Positions 51,403 through 64,000 of a stretch of 64,000 bases of DNA are shown piece after piece. The stretch covers positions 27,962,001-28,026,000 of the forward strand of contig NC_043014.1 of assembly GCF_006345805.1 (NCBI RefSeq). The letters run 5' to 3'. The translations under genes and the position numbers were made by a program. The DNA comes from Octopus sinensis. Lineage: Eukaryota. Below the pieces are notes generated by a model. It saw only the letters and a list, made by a program, of their open reading frames with translations. It did no database searches and was not told the origin of the DNA. Position 1 is the first letter of the stretch. Every line of letters begins with the position of its first letter.

Positions 51403-52639
51403 TTTGAGGCTGGGCTGAAAAGTTCATAGGATGACCATGAAGGGGTGATACTAGAACTGAAATCATCCATGTATTAATTTCAGCCCTTCCTATTAATAAC
51501 TACATTGCTTTTTTCCAGTTAAACTGACATCTAACTGCTCGAAAAAGGCTTCAAAAGTAACTAGGAGCAACTTCTCTTGAAAATGGATGAAATTTGGGAT
51601 TGTGGTGTTATCAAATACTTACAGAAAAAAGGGTTTAGTCCCCAAGGACATTCCTGCTGACCTAGTTGCTACATTAGGGGATAATGTTCCAGCTTTATTA
51701 ACAGTACAACAATAGGCATCTGAATTTAGGAGGGGAAGGGTGTGTCTTGAAGATGACCCAATGTCTGCATGTTCTGCATCTGCCACCCCAAAGGAAAACC
51801 TCCATTGCATCCACCACATGGTGATGGATGACAAGCAATTGACTATAAATCGAATAGCCAATGTTATTAGCATATCCAATGGGAGATTTGAGAATATTCT
51901 GCACAGTGAACTTGGCATGATGAAGGTTTCTGCTTGGTAGGTGCCACATCTTCTGACACCTGATCAAAAGTGCATCAGGCTGATCACATCATGGCAAAAT
52001 CTGACATTGAAGCAGATCCAGCTGGTTTCCTTGAACGTTTCCAAACCCAGGGTAGGTGTTGGCTTCATCACTTTGAGCCAGAAACAAAGAGACAATCCAT
52101 GTTGTGGAAATCACCTCTCCTCACCTGCTCCAAAGAAGGCTGTTTCATTTGTAGGCAAGGATGCAAAAGGCATTATTTTTACTGACAATCTTGAAAAGGG
52201 CCACACCATCAATGGAGAGTACTATGCCAACTTGCTGAGGCAGTTATGAAAGTCTACCAAAGACCAAATACCCAAGTAAACTGACAAAAGGGTCTTGTTT
52301 CATCAGGACAATGCTCCAGCACACAAGTCCTTGCTTTCAATTTCTCCTGTGCATGATTGTGACTTTGAACTGGTTGATCACTGTTCATATTCTCCTGATT
52401 TGGCCCCATCTGACTATCTTCTATTCCCCACCATGAAAAAACTCTTGGCTGGGAACCAGTATCACAGTGATGATAACATCATATCTGCTGTTGATGACTT
52501 TCACCAATGGGATCCAAGCAGTGCAACACCGATGGAAGAAGTGTGTGGACTGCAAGGGGTCTATGTTGAAGCACAAACCTCATTTGGTCACATTCCATGA
52601 GAGTATCTAGGTCAACCTATGAACTTTTCAGCTCATGTG
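51403..52639 (+). mobile_element. Mariner (DD34D) element, near full length, degenerate
   Basis: TIRs GCTGAAAAGTTCATAGG. Fragments W*VPHLLTPDQK, WLHHFEPETKRQSM, HQDNAPAH and YSPDLAPSDY, with 34 residues between the last two Asp; stops and frameshifts present. Confidence 0.92.
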
Positions 52640-52923
52640 TATATGTATATGTATGTATATGAGAAACAGCAAGACTTAGATCAGTATTTTAATTTAAATA
52701 GATATCGATTATATTATTCTAATCTTTTCCCTTCGAACTTTTTTGCAACATAACGACTTCGTTTAAATTTTCACCAACTTGAAGGAATGACTAAAAACAG
52801 CAAAAATTATGCTCTTAATTCTGTACTCTTATCAGTGTTGTTGTTTTATTGTATTTTTTGTTATTTCCTCTCTTGAATGCAATGATTATCTGTAAAATGT
52901 CTCTGAATTTCTTTCTCATATAG

Positions 52924-53211
52924 ATTGTAGAGTTGCTACCTCTGAGGTTCCTTCCACCAAATGAGAAAATCCAGATCACATTTGGCTTGCATCTTGTAAT
53001 TTCATGTTGTCCTGTCAGTGACATCTGTCCAGATGATAGTAACTTAGTTAGTACAGTACCAAATGACCAAAAACTTTCTCTGATTACTAACTGCATTGAC
53101 TGCCTAAGCACTTTGATGATGTCTTCAGAGAATGTTTTTATATACAACTATCTCAGACCAGAAGTCGTACTTAATTTTCTGGAAACTTCCTTAAGCAAAA
53201 TTCAAAAACAG
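52924..53211 (+). CDS. URB2: URB2 exon 19
   Basis: catatAG|...|GTAAGG, 96 open codons (IVELLPLRFLPPNEKIQITFGL...SKIQKQ). Phase 0 to 0. Confidence 0.85.
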
Positions 53212-54329
53212 GTAAGGATAGACAAGATAAGCAAGAGACTTATTGTCTTTTTGCTTTGGTTTATTTTTCAATAGTTAGAAATAAGACCAGTTACTTATTT
53301 GCAATGAAAAAAAGGCATCAGAGGAGTGATGCATACCCTGTGTGCAGATAACTTGTTTTGCTTACCCATGCTTTTTAATTGAACTGAATTAAGCTTTCTA
53401 ATCCTAAAAGAGGATTAGAGGCCTAAGAATAGTGAAATTAAGGAATCAGTTTGTAAATAAACAAAACCCTTGAATCCATCACTGCACACATATGCACACA
53501 CACAGAGTCACATATCTATGTATGTATGTATGCATTCACATGTGTCTACACGCATAGGTACACCGTCATCTATAGACACAAAGAAGGGTCAATTCATATG
53601 AAAAAGAAAGTGAACAAAATGAAATATTTATGGAAAATATTGCATAGCAACATCATTCAATGATGGCAGGTGAATCAAATGAACTGTAGTTCATTGTAGG
53701 ATATAAATAATATGACGCTTATTGAGAAATTTTTAAGTTCGATTAAAAAAAAATTTTTTTCTCATGTATCACCATTATAAGTATTTACACTCCAGTGAAA
53801 TTAAAAGATCAACTCGTAAATAAACGAAACCCTTAAATCCATCACTGTACACACACACATGCACACAGTTGCATATCTATGTATTTATGTATGTTTGAAG
53901 ATAATCAAATCAAATTTTCATCATTTCAAGCCACTGACCCAATGAGTATTTCTGCCAAATTTGGTGAAAATCCATTCAGCTGTTTTCCAGTAATTTTGCA
54001 AATGCACAGTCAAACAAAGATGTGTGATTACAATACTCTGCTTTTTCTTACGTACACAAGGTAATTAATAACTTGTGGCTGTGTGTCTAAGAACTTTACT
54101 TTTGAACCATATATTTTAGACTGTGTTTTTTACTTCATGGGCACTTTTTGTTGGTGTTTTCTTCTATAGCTGTGGACTGACCATTGCTGTTAAGTGAAAT
54201 TGGTAGGTGGAAACTGTAAGAAAACTGTCATATAAGTATATTTATGTGTGAGTGTGTTGGAGCTTCCCTTCGTCTTGACATTTGTGTGCTGATTGGAAAT
54301 AAAGTCACCAGTCATACTGATGGTGACAT

Positions 54330-54697
54330 TTGTCTTTATCTTTTATTTGTTTCAGTCATTCAGCTGTGGCACCTCCATGAGTTTTTAATCAAAAGAATCA
54401 ACCCGAGTACTTATTATTTTTTAAGCCTGATACTTATTCTGTCAGTTTCTTTGCTAAACTGTGAAGTTATGGGGGATGTAAACACACCAACATTGGTTGT
54501 CACATGGAGGTGGGGCACGGGCACACACACACACACACACACATGCGTGTGGCAGACTTCTTTCAGTTTCTGTCTATCAAATCCATTTGCAAGGTTTTGG
54601 CTAGCCTGAGGCAGAAGACACTTGCCCAAAGTTCCACATAGTGGTACTAAACTGGAATCATGTGGTTAGGAAGTAAGTTTCTTATCGCACAACCACT
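54330..54697 (-). mobile_element. tRNA-derived SINE, diverged
   Basis: Same family body with a (CA)n core. Confidence 0.8.
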
Positions 54698-54870
54698 TTA
54701 CTTCCAGGAAAACATGTCTAGCATTGAGTTGTTCATTGTTTGAAGGACAAAGGGAAAAATTTCCTTACTTGGATACAAGTGATGATTAGTGCAAGAATAG
54801 CATCTGGCTGTAGAAAATCTGCATCAGTAAGTTCCATTGAACCATGCAAGCATAGAAAAGTAGACATTAA

Positions 54871-55903
54871 CCCTTTCGTTACCAAACCGCCCAAAGCCGC
54901 CCGAATTTACCTATTCATATTTAAATGAGAATATCAGAGCAAATCTCTTTAGTACATTCGTGAAAACACGTATTATACTTCGTAAAGAGTTCAACTACAG
55001 TTTTGAACAATAATCAAAGTGTAATTTTAATTCCCTGAATTTTGGGAGATTTTTTTCCGAAATTTGTTCCTATTCTGTTTTCAAAATTTGTAATTCTGGC
55101 AAAAAATGGATACGAATTTCATTATATCAAGCAGCGAGTCAGAATTCGAAGGATTTTCTACTGAAGACCTTCATAAATCTAACTCTATGACTGAAAAAAA
55201 AAAGCATGTGGTATTTGATAATGAATCTGATGTTTCATTTTCCGAAAGTGAAAACTGTGAATCCGAGATCGACAGCGATAAAGAAAATGAATTGGCACCC
55301 GAATGGAGTGAAAATTTAAAAACTGTTTCTTTCGGTGATTTTTCTGAAGAAACTGGACCAAGTCACAGACTTTCCCAGAAGAGTAACGCCTTAGACTATT
55401 TCTTTTTACTTTTTTGAATGAGCCTATTTGAAATCATTACGGCGAAAACGAACTGTTACGTAAACAAAGCGAAAGAAACGATAGTTTGTGGTTTCCCACA
55501 ACGTTAAATGAAATTAAGACTATTTTGCCATAAATATTATTATGGGTATCAGAAAGTTACCCAGAATAACAAATTCTATCGTAAAATTTTGTTGTATATC
55601 CAATTGAATATTAGCTAATAACCCATTTTCTATAGCGATGTTTGAACAAAATTTTAATAATTTTATATTTTGTTGAATTTACCTGTATCTACCTGCAATT
55701 AGAGTCACTTTGTGACAAAAATTATAGTATAGAATTGGTTGAGAATATTTCATTAAATTATCTTCCAAAAATCAGATTAATATATCGATAAATAAAAAAA
55801 GTTATAGTTGTTTAATGAAACCAGACTAAATTTATGATTACGTTAGAAATTAATTGAAACACATAAGGGGTGTAATTTGGTCAGAAATATAGTAACGAAA
55901 GGG
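54871..55903 (+). mobile_element. Non-autonomous piggyBac derivative, same family
   Basis: TTAA|CCCTTTCGTTAC...GTAACGAAAGGG|TTAA. Acidic N-terminal ORF at 55106-55417 ending ALDYFFLLF, followed by KTNCY, WFPTTLNEI and IIMGIRKLP remnants (DDE_Tnp_1_7-like). Confidence 0.88.
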
Positions 55904-56487
55904 TTAAATGATAGAATGATGTTGATATTAGGAATTTATGACTAAAATTTCAATATAAATCACGTTAGGCATTATAAACACCAGTTTGAAGTGGAAGAGA
56001 GAAAAGAGCTCACTGATAGGACTTAAATCACATGACTAGTTACTGGGCAACCAGTTACATATTACGCTATTTGATGTAGACTGAAGAAGGCTTCTCTGAA
56101 TATCATTATTGTCATTGTTTTACTGTCCACTTTCCCATGCTTGCATGAATCAGATGGAATTGTAGCTCTTCCTGTCATCAACACTCGCCTTTTTTTTTCA
56201 AATAAGGTAATATTTCCCCATGACCAGACATGTTTTCACAAACAATTGGGAATGAAGGACTCTGCTTGCATAATAGAGACAGTAACACATACACCATGGG
56301 CCTTTTTTCAGTTTCCATCTACTAAATCTACTCACAAGGTTTTTGTAGGCCCAGGCCCTAGCAGAAGACAGTTGTCCAAGGGGGATTGAACCTGGAACAA
56401 TTTGGTTGTCTTAGAAAGAAATTATATTTGTTGTTGTTATTATTATTATTGCTACTGCTGAACTTTGTATGATTTCTACAATAACAG

Positions 56488-56604
56488 AAACCCAACAGCC
56501 AACAGGCTCTATTGATGTGTTACTACAGGCTTCTGGAATATTCTATATCTTCCATAATTGAAGGTTTTACATTATGTTCTATATTAGAGACTTATATCAT
56601 GAAG
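56488..56604 (+). CDS. URB2: URB2 exon 20 (probable; alternative in-frame acceptor 18 nt downstream)
   Basis: ataacAG|KPNSQQALLMCYYRLLEYSISSIIEGFTLCSILETYIMK|GTAAGT. Phase 0 to 0. Confidence 0.65.
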
Positions 56605-58719
56605 GTAAGTAAGCCTAGCATTTTATAACTCTACTTCTATTTATTTCTCTGGTGTATCATTTGATTAAAAACTGACTTAGGTCAGTTTGATCAAGCAATC
56701 TTGTGTACTAAAATGGTTGGTCAAATGGAGCTGGATGTTGGAGAAACCTGTAGGATTCTACTCTCACTTTATTCCCACTTAAATGTAGATGTTCTCTTGG
56801 AACAAACTATACTGTGGTAGATACCATGAGAGAAACTCTCACATAGACTTTTTGTGTAAAAAGCATGCTTGTTGCTAGTGGGGAGATAAATCCCCACCAA
56901 TGATAAAAACTAGTGTGCATTTTGCACCAAGAACCTATATGAGAGCTTCTTTCATGGTATCTATAACAGTAAAGTTTGTTCTAATGGAACATCCACATTT
57001 TAAATGGGAATAAATATTACCTCTTGGTATTAGTACTGCCTCTCTCGCTCATATATATATCTATTATTATTGTCTTCTTTTTCATCATCATCACTGCCGT
57101 TTAACGTCCACTTTCCATGCTGGCATGGGTTGGATGGTATGATAGAGAACTGGCAAGCCAGGAAGCTGCACCAGGCTCTAATCTGATTTGGCAAGATTTC
57201 TACAGCTGGATGCCCTTCCTAATGCTAACCACTCTGAGAATGTAGAGGGTGCTTTTTATGTACCATCAGCATGGGAGCCAGTCAAGTGACACTGGCATTG
57301 GCCATGCTCGAATGGTGGTTTTTACGTACCACTGGCACAGGTGCCAGTTAGGTGGCACTGGTATTGGCCACACTTGAATGGTGCTTCTTATGTTCCACTG
57401 GCACGGGTGCCAGTCAGGCAGCACTGGCATCACATCATGTTATTTGTTTATCTAATATCAGGATTTACAAGCTTTAACATCATTGGTTACAAGTTTCCAA
57501 AGGACCAATCACTCTTTCACTGTATTTCTAATGGAGAGATTGACAAGGGAGCATCTGTAACTTGGTAGATGTCATTTGAAGGAACAATTTTTCAATGATG
57601 TTTACATCCATCATTGATATATGGAAAAATAATGATACACACACAAGTTATGGATCTCTTGTTCCACGCATCTTTGATAGCACAGAGCCACTGGGTGATT
57701 TATTGATAGGGAAATGACAACAAATTGTAGCTCGGTGCTTCTTTATGCAAAGCCTGCAGGATGTAAATCCTTATATAGTAATACATGTGCATATATAGAT
57801 ACGCTTTCACACACACATGTATGCATGTGTGTGTACATGCATATATATGTTTTGGTGCAGACATGGCTGTGTTAGGAAGTTTGCTTTGTAACCACATGGC
57901 TTTGAGTTCATTCCCATTGCAGTGCACCTCTTGGGCTGACCAATGTTTTGTGAGTGAATTTTGTTGCAGAAACTATACAAAGCCCATTATATATACATGT
58001 GTGTTTGAAGGTTTACATCTACATTCTGTGTGCTTTGCATATAAAAGTGCTGTGCTATTTGCTTGTTACCATTTCCCTATCAGCAAATTGTTTGCTGGCT
58101 GTAGACTTTCAAAGGTGTGTAGAATAAGAGAGCCGTTACTTGAAAGATAGGTATGGATTGGCAAGAGGAAGGACATCTGGCTCTAAAAACAATACCTTGA
58201 TGTACTATGTAAGTATCTAACTTAGGTGAGCATAGAAAAACAGATGTAAAGATCTATATAGAATCATAATGAAACTTACAAGACTCAGATCAAATTGTCC
58301 TGTTCCAAGTTTCAAATACATGTAATGGACAAAGTACACAGCATTTTGGTGTGGTGTAATGCAATATGTTAAACATCCGATAACATGAAAAAAAAAAAAC
58401 GTGCAGAATAACTGAGAGGTGTAAAATTAAGTCAATCTGAAATCATCAAGGAACTTCAGATTTTAGAGTTATGTATTAAAAGTATTACCTACAAAGTTTC
58501 AGCAGATAACATGCACACACACACACACACGCGCACGCACAAAACAGGTCCTATGCAGCTTTCACCTTCCAAATTCCACTCACGAAGTATTGGTCAACCA
58601 TAAAGGCTATTGTAGAAGATACTTGCCCAAAGTGTCTTGCAGTATAACAAATGTGGGACTATAAATTCTTAAACAACCATGCATGCATCCATGTTCTTGT
58701 TGAAGAGACAAGTTCCACT

Positions 58720-59500
58720 AGTTAGAAGATACATCTACTGCTACAATTGCTCGAAAAGTGTCTGAGGATGCCTTGGCTGGTAATAATCAGGCATATGCTG
58801 GGGCTGACATATCTGAAGAAATTTCTGGACAATGATGATGAACAGATGTGGTCACTGTTTGTGCAACATGTCTTTGTGTAGCTCACTTTTTTGACTGAGA
58901 TGCAAAATGCCAAGTAAGGCCAGGCACTTAACATCTGGAATGTTACCACATATTCACTGCACTATAAAAGAGAACAGCGCAGCTGATGAAAACCTCAATT
59001 TTTGCATTCTAATAAGGGTTAGTGGAGGGTAGCATCATTGAGAACTGTCCAAGTAATTTCTTCTGTAAAAGTTTCTGGTCAGGGATTGTGGAGAATTTCT
59101 AGAAGTTCTTGGCCTGGCACTGCTATAGTAAGTGGGTTTTTCTTGGAATACATACAAGCATGATTGTTATGTCTGAGATGCATACAAGGTAATGAAAGTG
59201 TCCAGCGTACACTTGTTCAGTGTCCATGCACTGCTGATTTGTGGGTTTATCTTGAGCAGCACTCATTATGTGCAAAATAAACTTGGTTATCATCCAAGTT
59301 TATTGTTACAATGAATTCACTGTCTTCTTTCAGCAAGGAAGTATAAATTGTCTTCCTCTGTCTTGTAGCTATGGTGAAGGCCTTTGAATATTGTTTAAAG
59401 GTTTAAGGGTAGATCTTTTCATCTTGGACTACATTCTCACCAACTTCAAGTACCACTTGAAGAATTGAAGAAGGTGAGCGTAGAGAGGTGTTGCCCTTTA
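58720..59500 (-). mobile_element. Possible heavily degenerate LTR-retroelement pol remnant
   Basis: Higher-complexity stretch. Faint RNase H- and integrase-like wording (AWTLNKC, LFEQL) appears across frames. Weak. Confidence 0.25.
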
Positions 59501-61119
59501 GTATATTTTATGAAAGGTGGCTGACATTGACGAAATTGACATGACTAAGTGAACAGTTGTTCCCAAATGGATTTGAACCCAAAACATAAATATAACTAAT
59601 ATTACACTGTTGTCTGATGCCCTACCAATTCAACAAATAACAATAAACAGGAGAACCTATAATGGCTTATGTTTCTTCTTTTTCTTAACAGTTATTCAAA
59701 TATCTCCAGAAGGCTAAAGATCGGATTTGTAAAAAGTCACATTCCATGGAATATATTCACAAGAAGTACTCACTCAAGTTTCTTTTTGCATCCAAATTTA
59801 TCGAGGAACTTGGCAAGGTCTGATGGTTTTGTATTGTCATCATTTACGATTCATGTATGTGTACTATTTGTGTGTGTGTGAGAGGGAGAGAAAAAGAGAG
59901 AGGCAGAGCCAGAGATCACATATGTTGTGTGCCTGTTAACTGTTGTTTAGCACCCAAGTCAGCTCTATCAAGCAAATCTTTGATGAAAGGTATTAAAATC
60001 ATTATCGTTTATTTTCAGACATAATTCATCAGAGTACACTGTCCCCACTTTTTTTAAAGGTGGTAGCTTGTGATTTAAGAGGGATTTAGCTGTTATTCTA
60101 TTAATTTAAGCAAGATATAGGCTCCCTCATTGCCTGTTCTAAATGTGGATGTTATTGATGGTTGTTTGGTTTAGTTTGTTAAGCATTGACATAGATAGAG
60201 GTTTAGCTTAACATAGAACATCTAGGAACCTTATTTGCTGACATTTGTGTTCATTTATATTATAGTCTCCTGCATTAATACAAGGCAGGCCTTACATTAA
60301 TGTAAGAGACACTCATTGATTGTGAGGATTTGTTATGTCAAGGATGTATATACTTATAAAAGCAGCGCCCTTATATAGTCCTTGTAGTACACCTCGATAT
60401 CTTTTGCAGCACACCTAGATACTTCTTCAGTGCACTGCTATATGTCTTGTAGTAGACTGTTTGAGAACCATTGATCTAACAGTTTGATCCTTGTTCTTTA
60501 TCTTCCATCTGGGAATGAGGATAAGAGGAGGAAAGTTGTGTTGTCTTTTGGGCTCTTGACAAGTAAATTCCTTTGGCCTGTGAAACACTTCTCAATTATT
60601 GAATTCTTAATACTCTTTTGTCCATTTTCTTGATTGTCATATGTGTGTGGACACGACAGATAGTGATATGGTGAATTTGGTTTATTAAGGATATTTATAC
60701 TGAGCAAAACCTGGTGTGTGTTGAAGGAGGTGATATTGTTGTTAAATGATGATGATATGTACATACAATGTAAATATATGTATATACTTGAGAGTGAGAG
60801 AAAGACCTATAGGTACATACAATGAAAGTCCTTTGATAGATGTGATAGATATGAACCTAGAGACTATAGACTGCTAGACTAATAATTTATCCTTTCAATC
60901 ATTTTACCTCTATATTCATCATCATTGTAAAAACTGTTTTTCCATGCTGGCATGGATTGGATACATCTCGCCACTCACTGCAGTCATAGCACACACCACA
61001 TCAGAGAAAACCTGGTCAACTGTGTTGTTATGTATTTCATGTCATTTTTGGTATGCCAACCTATCACTAGCTACTTTACTGTGAATAAAATTAACTTAAA
61101 CTATTCTTTCATGTCACAG

Positions 61120-61362
61120 GTATTACAACAGAAAACATTATCAGAAGACACTCGTGCTATAGCAACGAAATATATGGAAATGTTTTCTGATGTTGTCCTA
61201 GAAATGGTCACTTCCATTGATTCTGATGTACCAGACTGTGTACTTGCTGTATACACTTCTCTCTTGGAGTCCCAGAAAAATACTTCAAATGGAGGGAAGC
61301 CTTTAAGTAACAAACACAACCCCAGATTGACAGTCTGTTGTTTAAACAAGATCTCCAAAATG
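61120..61362 (+). CDS. URB2: URB2 exon 21 (gene continues beyond the window)
   Basis: gtcacAG|VLQQKTLSEDTRAIATKYMEMFSD...LNKISKM|GTTTGT, 81 codons. No Urb2 C-terminal domain was recognised within the window. Confidence 0.7.
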
Positions 61363-61504
61363 GTTTGTAATTAATACTTTACTTTTTACTTGTTCCAGTC
61401 ATTGGACTGTGGCCATGCTGGAACATTGCCTTGAAGTCTTTAGTTGAACAAATTGATCCCACTACGTGAAATCTTGTATGCATTAATTTCAACTCCATGT
61501 ATTT

Positions 61505-64000
61505 CATCATCATCGTATAACGTCTGTTTTCCATGCTAGCATGGGTTGGACGGTTCGACCAGGATCTGGGAAGCCAGGAGGCTGCACCAGGCTCCAGTCT
61601 GATCTGGCAGTGTTTCTACAGCTGGATTCCATTCCTAATGCCAACCACTCCATGAGTGTAGTGGGTGCTTTTTATGTGCCAGGCAAGATTGGCAACGGCC
61701 ACGATCGGTTGGTGTTTCTTACGTACCACCGGCACGGAAGCCAGTCGAGGCAGCGCTGGCAACGGCCACGTTTGGATGGTGCTTTTTACATGCTACTGGC
61801 ACTGGTATCACAACTATAATTTCCATTGATTTTTTTTGATCGATTTCGATTTCATTTGCCTCAACAGGTCTTCACAAGCAGAGTTTTGTGTCCAATGGCT
61901 ACATCCCAGGTAAAGGCCCTGGGTTATGGTCTCACTCGTCCTGCCGGGTCTTCTCACTCACAGCATATTTCCAAAGGTCTCGGTTACTAGTCATTGCCTC
62001 GGTGAGACCTATGTTTGAAGGTCGTGCTTCACCACCTCGTCTCAGGTTTTCCTGGGCCTACCTCTTCCACGAGTTCCCTCAACCGCTAGGGTGTGGCATT
62101 TTTTCACACACCTATCTTCATCCATTCTCGCCACATGACCATATCAGTGCAATCGTCTCTCTTGCACACCACAACTGATGCTTCTTAGGTCCTACTTTTC
62201 TCTCAAGGTACTTACACTCTGTCGAGTATGAACACTGACATTACACATCCATCGGAGCATACTGGCTTCATTCCTTGTGAGCTTACGCATATCCTCAGCA
62301 GTCACGGCCCATGTTTCACTGCCATGTAGCATGACTGTTCGTACACATGTCATACAGTCTGCCTTTTACTCTGAGCGAGAGGCCTTTTGTCACCAGCAGA
62401 GGTAAGAGCGCTCTGAACTTTGCCCAGGCTATTCTTACTCTGGCAGTTACACTTTCAGCACCCACCCCCACCTCCCGCTACTGACTTGGTCACCTAGGTA
62501 ACGGAAGCTATCAACTACTTCTAGTTTTTCTCCCTGGAATGTGGCGGAAGTTGTTTTCTGCACATTTTCAGTGTTTATTGCTCCTGAGCATCTGCCACAT
62601 ACAAAAACTATTTTCCTAGTTAGCCTTCCTTTGATATTGCTGCACCTCTTATGTGTTCATAGCTTACACTGGGTACATCTTATAGAGTTTCTACCTATGC
62701 CTCTACTACAGATCGAGCAGGGCCATCTAGCTGAAGGGATTTGTGGTTTGCCTGCCTTCTTACTTATTAGGACTTTGGTTTTAGCGAGGTTGACTCTAAG
62801 GCCCTTCGATTCTAATCCTTACTTCTACACTTGAAACCTCTCCTCTAGTTCTGATAGTGACTTAGCTATTAGAGCAAGGTCATCAGCATAGAGAAGCTCT
62901 TATGTGTACATAGCTTACACTGGGTACATCTTATAGAGTTTCTACCTACACCTTTTCTACAGATTGAGCAGGGCCACCTACATGAAGGTATTTGTGATTT
63001 GTCTACCTTCCTACTTATTAGGACTTTGGTTTTAGCGAGGTTGACTCTAAGGCCCTTCGATTCTAATCCTTGCTTCCACACCTGAAACTTCTCCTCCAGT
63101 TCTGATAGTGACTCAGCAATTAGAGCAAGGTCATCAGCATAGAGGAGCTCCCAGGGGCATCCTGTCTTGATTTCCTCTGTTATTGCCTGGAGAACTATGA
63201 TAAATAAGAGGGGGCTGAGGACTGAACCTTGGTGGACTCTACCTCTACCCAGAATTCTTCACTGTACTCGTTGCCCACCCTCACTTTACTAATGGCGTCT
63301 CTGTACATGGCTCGCACAGCTGTCACTAACCATTCATCTATCCCTAGTTTCCTCATAGACTACTAGATAAAGGATTGGGGGATCCTGTCAAAGGCTTTCT
63401 CCATGTCAACGAAAGCCAGGTATAGAGGTTTATCTTTGGCTAGGTATTTCTCCTGCAGCTGTCTTATCTGGAATATAGTATCAATGGTGCTTTTCCCTGG
63501 CACGAACCCAAACTGCATCTCATCTAAACTGACTCTCTCTCTAATTAGTTGGGCTATGATCCTCTCCATGACCTTCATTACTTGATCCAGCAACTTGATA
63601 CCTCTGTAATTATTTGTATCTAAGGTGTCACCTTTACCTTTGTAGCAGTTGACTATGGTGCTGCTACAGCAGTCATTGGGTATGACTCCTTCGTGTATCA
63701 CCTGGTTAACTATATGGGTGACTAGGCTATAGCCGACACTGCCAGATATTTTGAGCATCTCTGCAGTAATTCCTGATGGGCCTGGGGCTTTCCCTGCCTT
63801 CATACTCTTGATTGTTTTACCTACCAAGGTACTGTCAAGTCGGATAGCTGGTCCCTCTGTTGGTTCGACATTTGGCAGACTCTCTTTCTCCCATTCATTC
63901 TCTTTATTGAGCAACCTTTCATAGTGGCGTCTCCAAACCTCTCTCTTTGCAGTCTCATTTAGTGCAAGTGAACCATCATCCATACGGACACATTTCTCTC
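61505..64000 (-). mobile_element. RTE-clade LINE: 3' tail plus RT domain, extending past the window
   Basis: ORF 63363-63983 has NYRGIKLL, QFGFVPGKST and AFVDMEKAFDRIP; YADDL lies near 63130-63145; the 3' tail ends in (GAT)n at about 61505. Degenerate. Confidence 0.93.

Overview
This is an AT-rich, microsatellite-dense eukaryotic window. The C2H2 zinc-finger gene and the SINE/RTE repeat complement resemble an octopus or other cephalopod genome (inferred, not proven). Two genes lie head-to-head. On the minus strand, a C2H2 zinc-finger exon sits at 1492-1816. On the plus strand, a long intron-rich URB2 (Npa2, ribosome biogenesis) gene could be threaded by hand through 21 phase-consistent exons from about 5788 to 61362 (about 1067 codons), and it continues past the window. 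Its introns hold tRNA-derived SINEs, RTE LINE fragments, two mariners, a DD36E Tc1-like element, three piggyBac-derived elements, LTR-like sequences and a Helentron/DINE-like element. The standout is in URB2 intron 14: a 3336-bp element (42381-45716) that is one giant palindrome around a 4-nt centre. Each arm of about 1.65 kb carries a Merlin/IS1595 (ISXO2-like) DDE transposase gene pointing outward; the left one is intact (301 aa) and the right one has a 2-nt frameshift. The whole unit is flanked by an 8-bp target-site duplication (ACTTGCTT), which suggests it inserted as a two-headed palindromic transposon. All assignments come from reading the sequence and from recalled family motifs; no database search was run.
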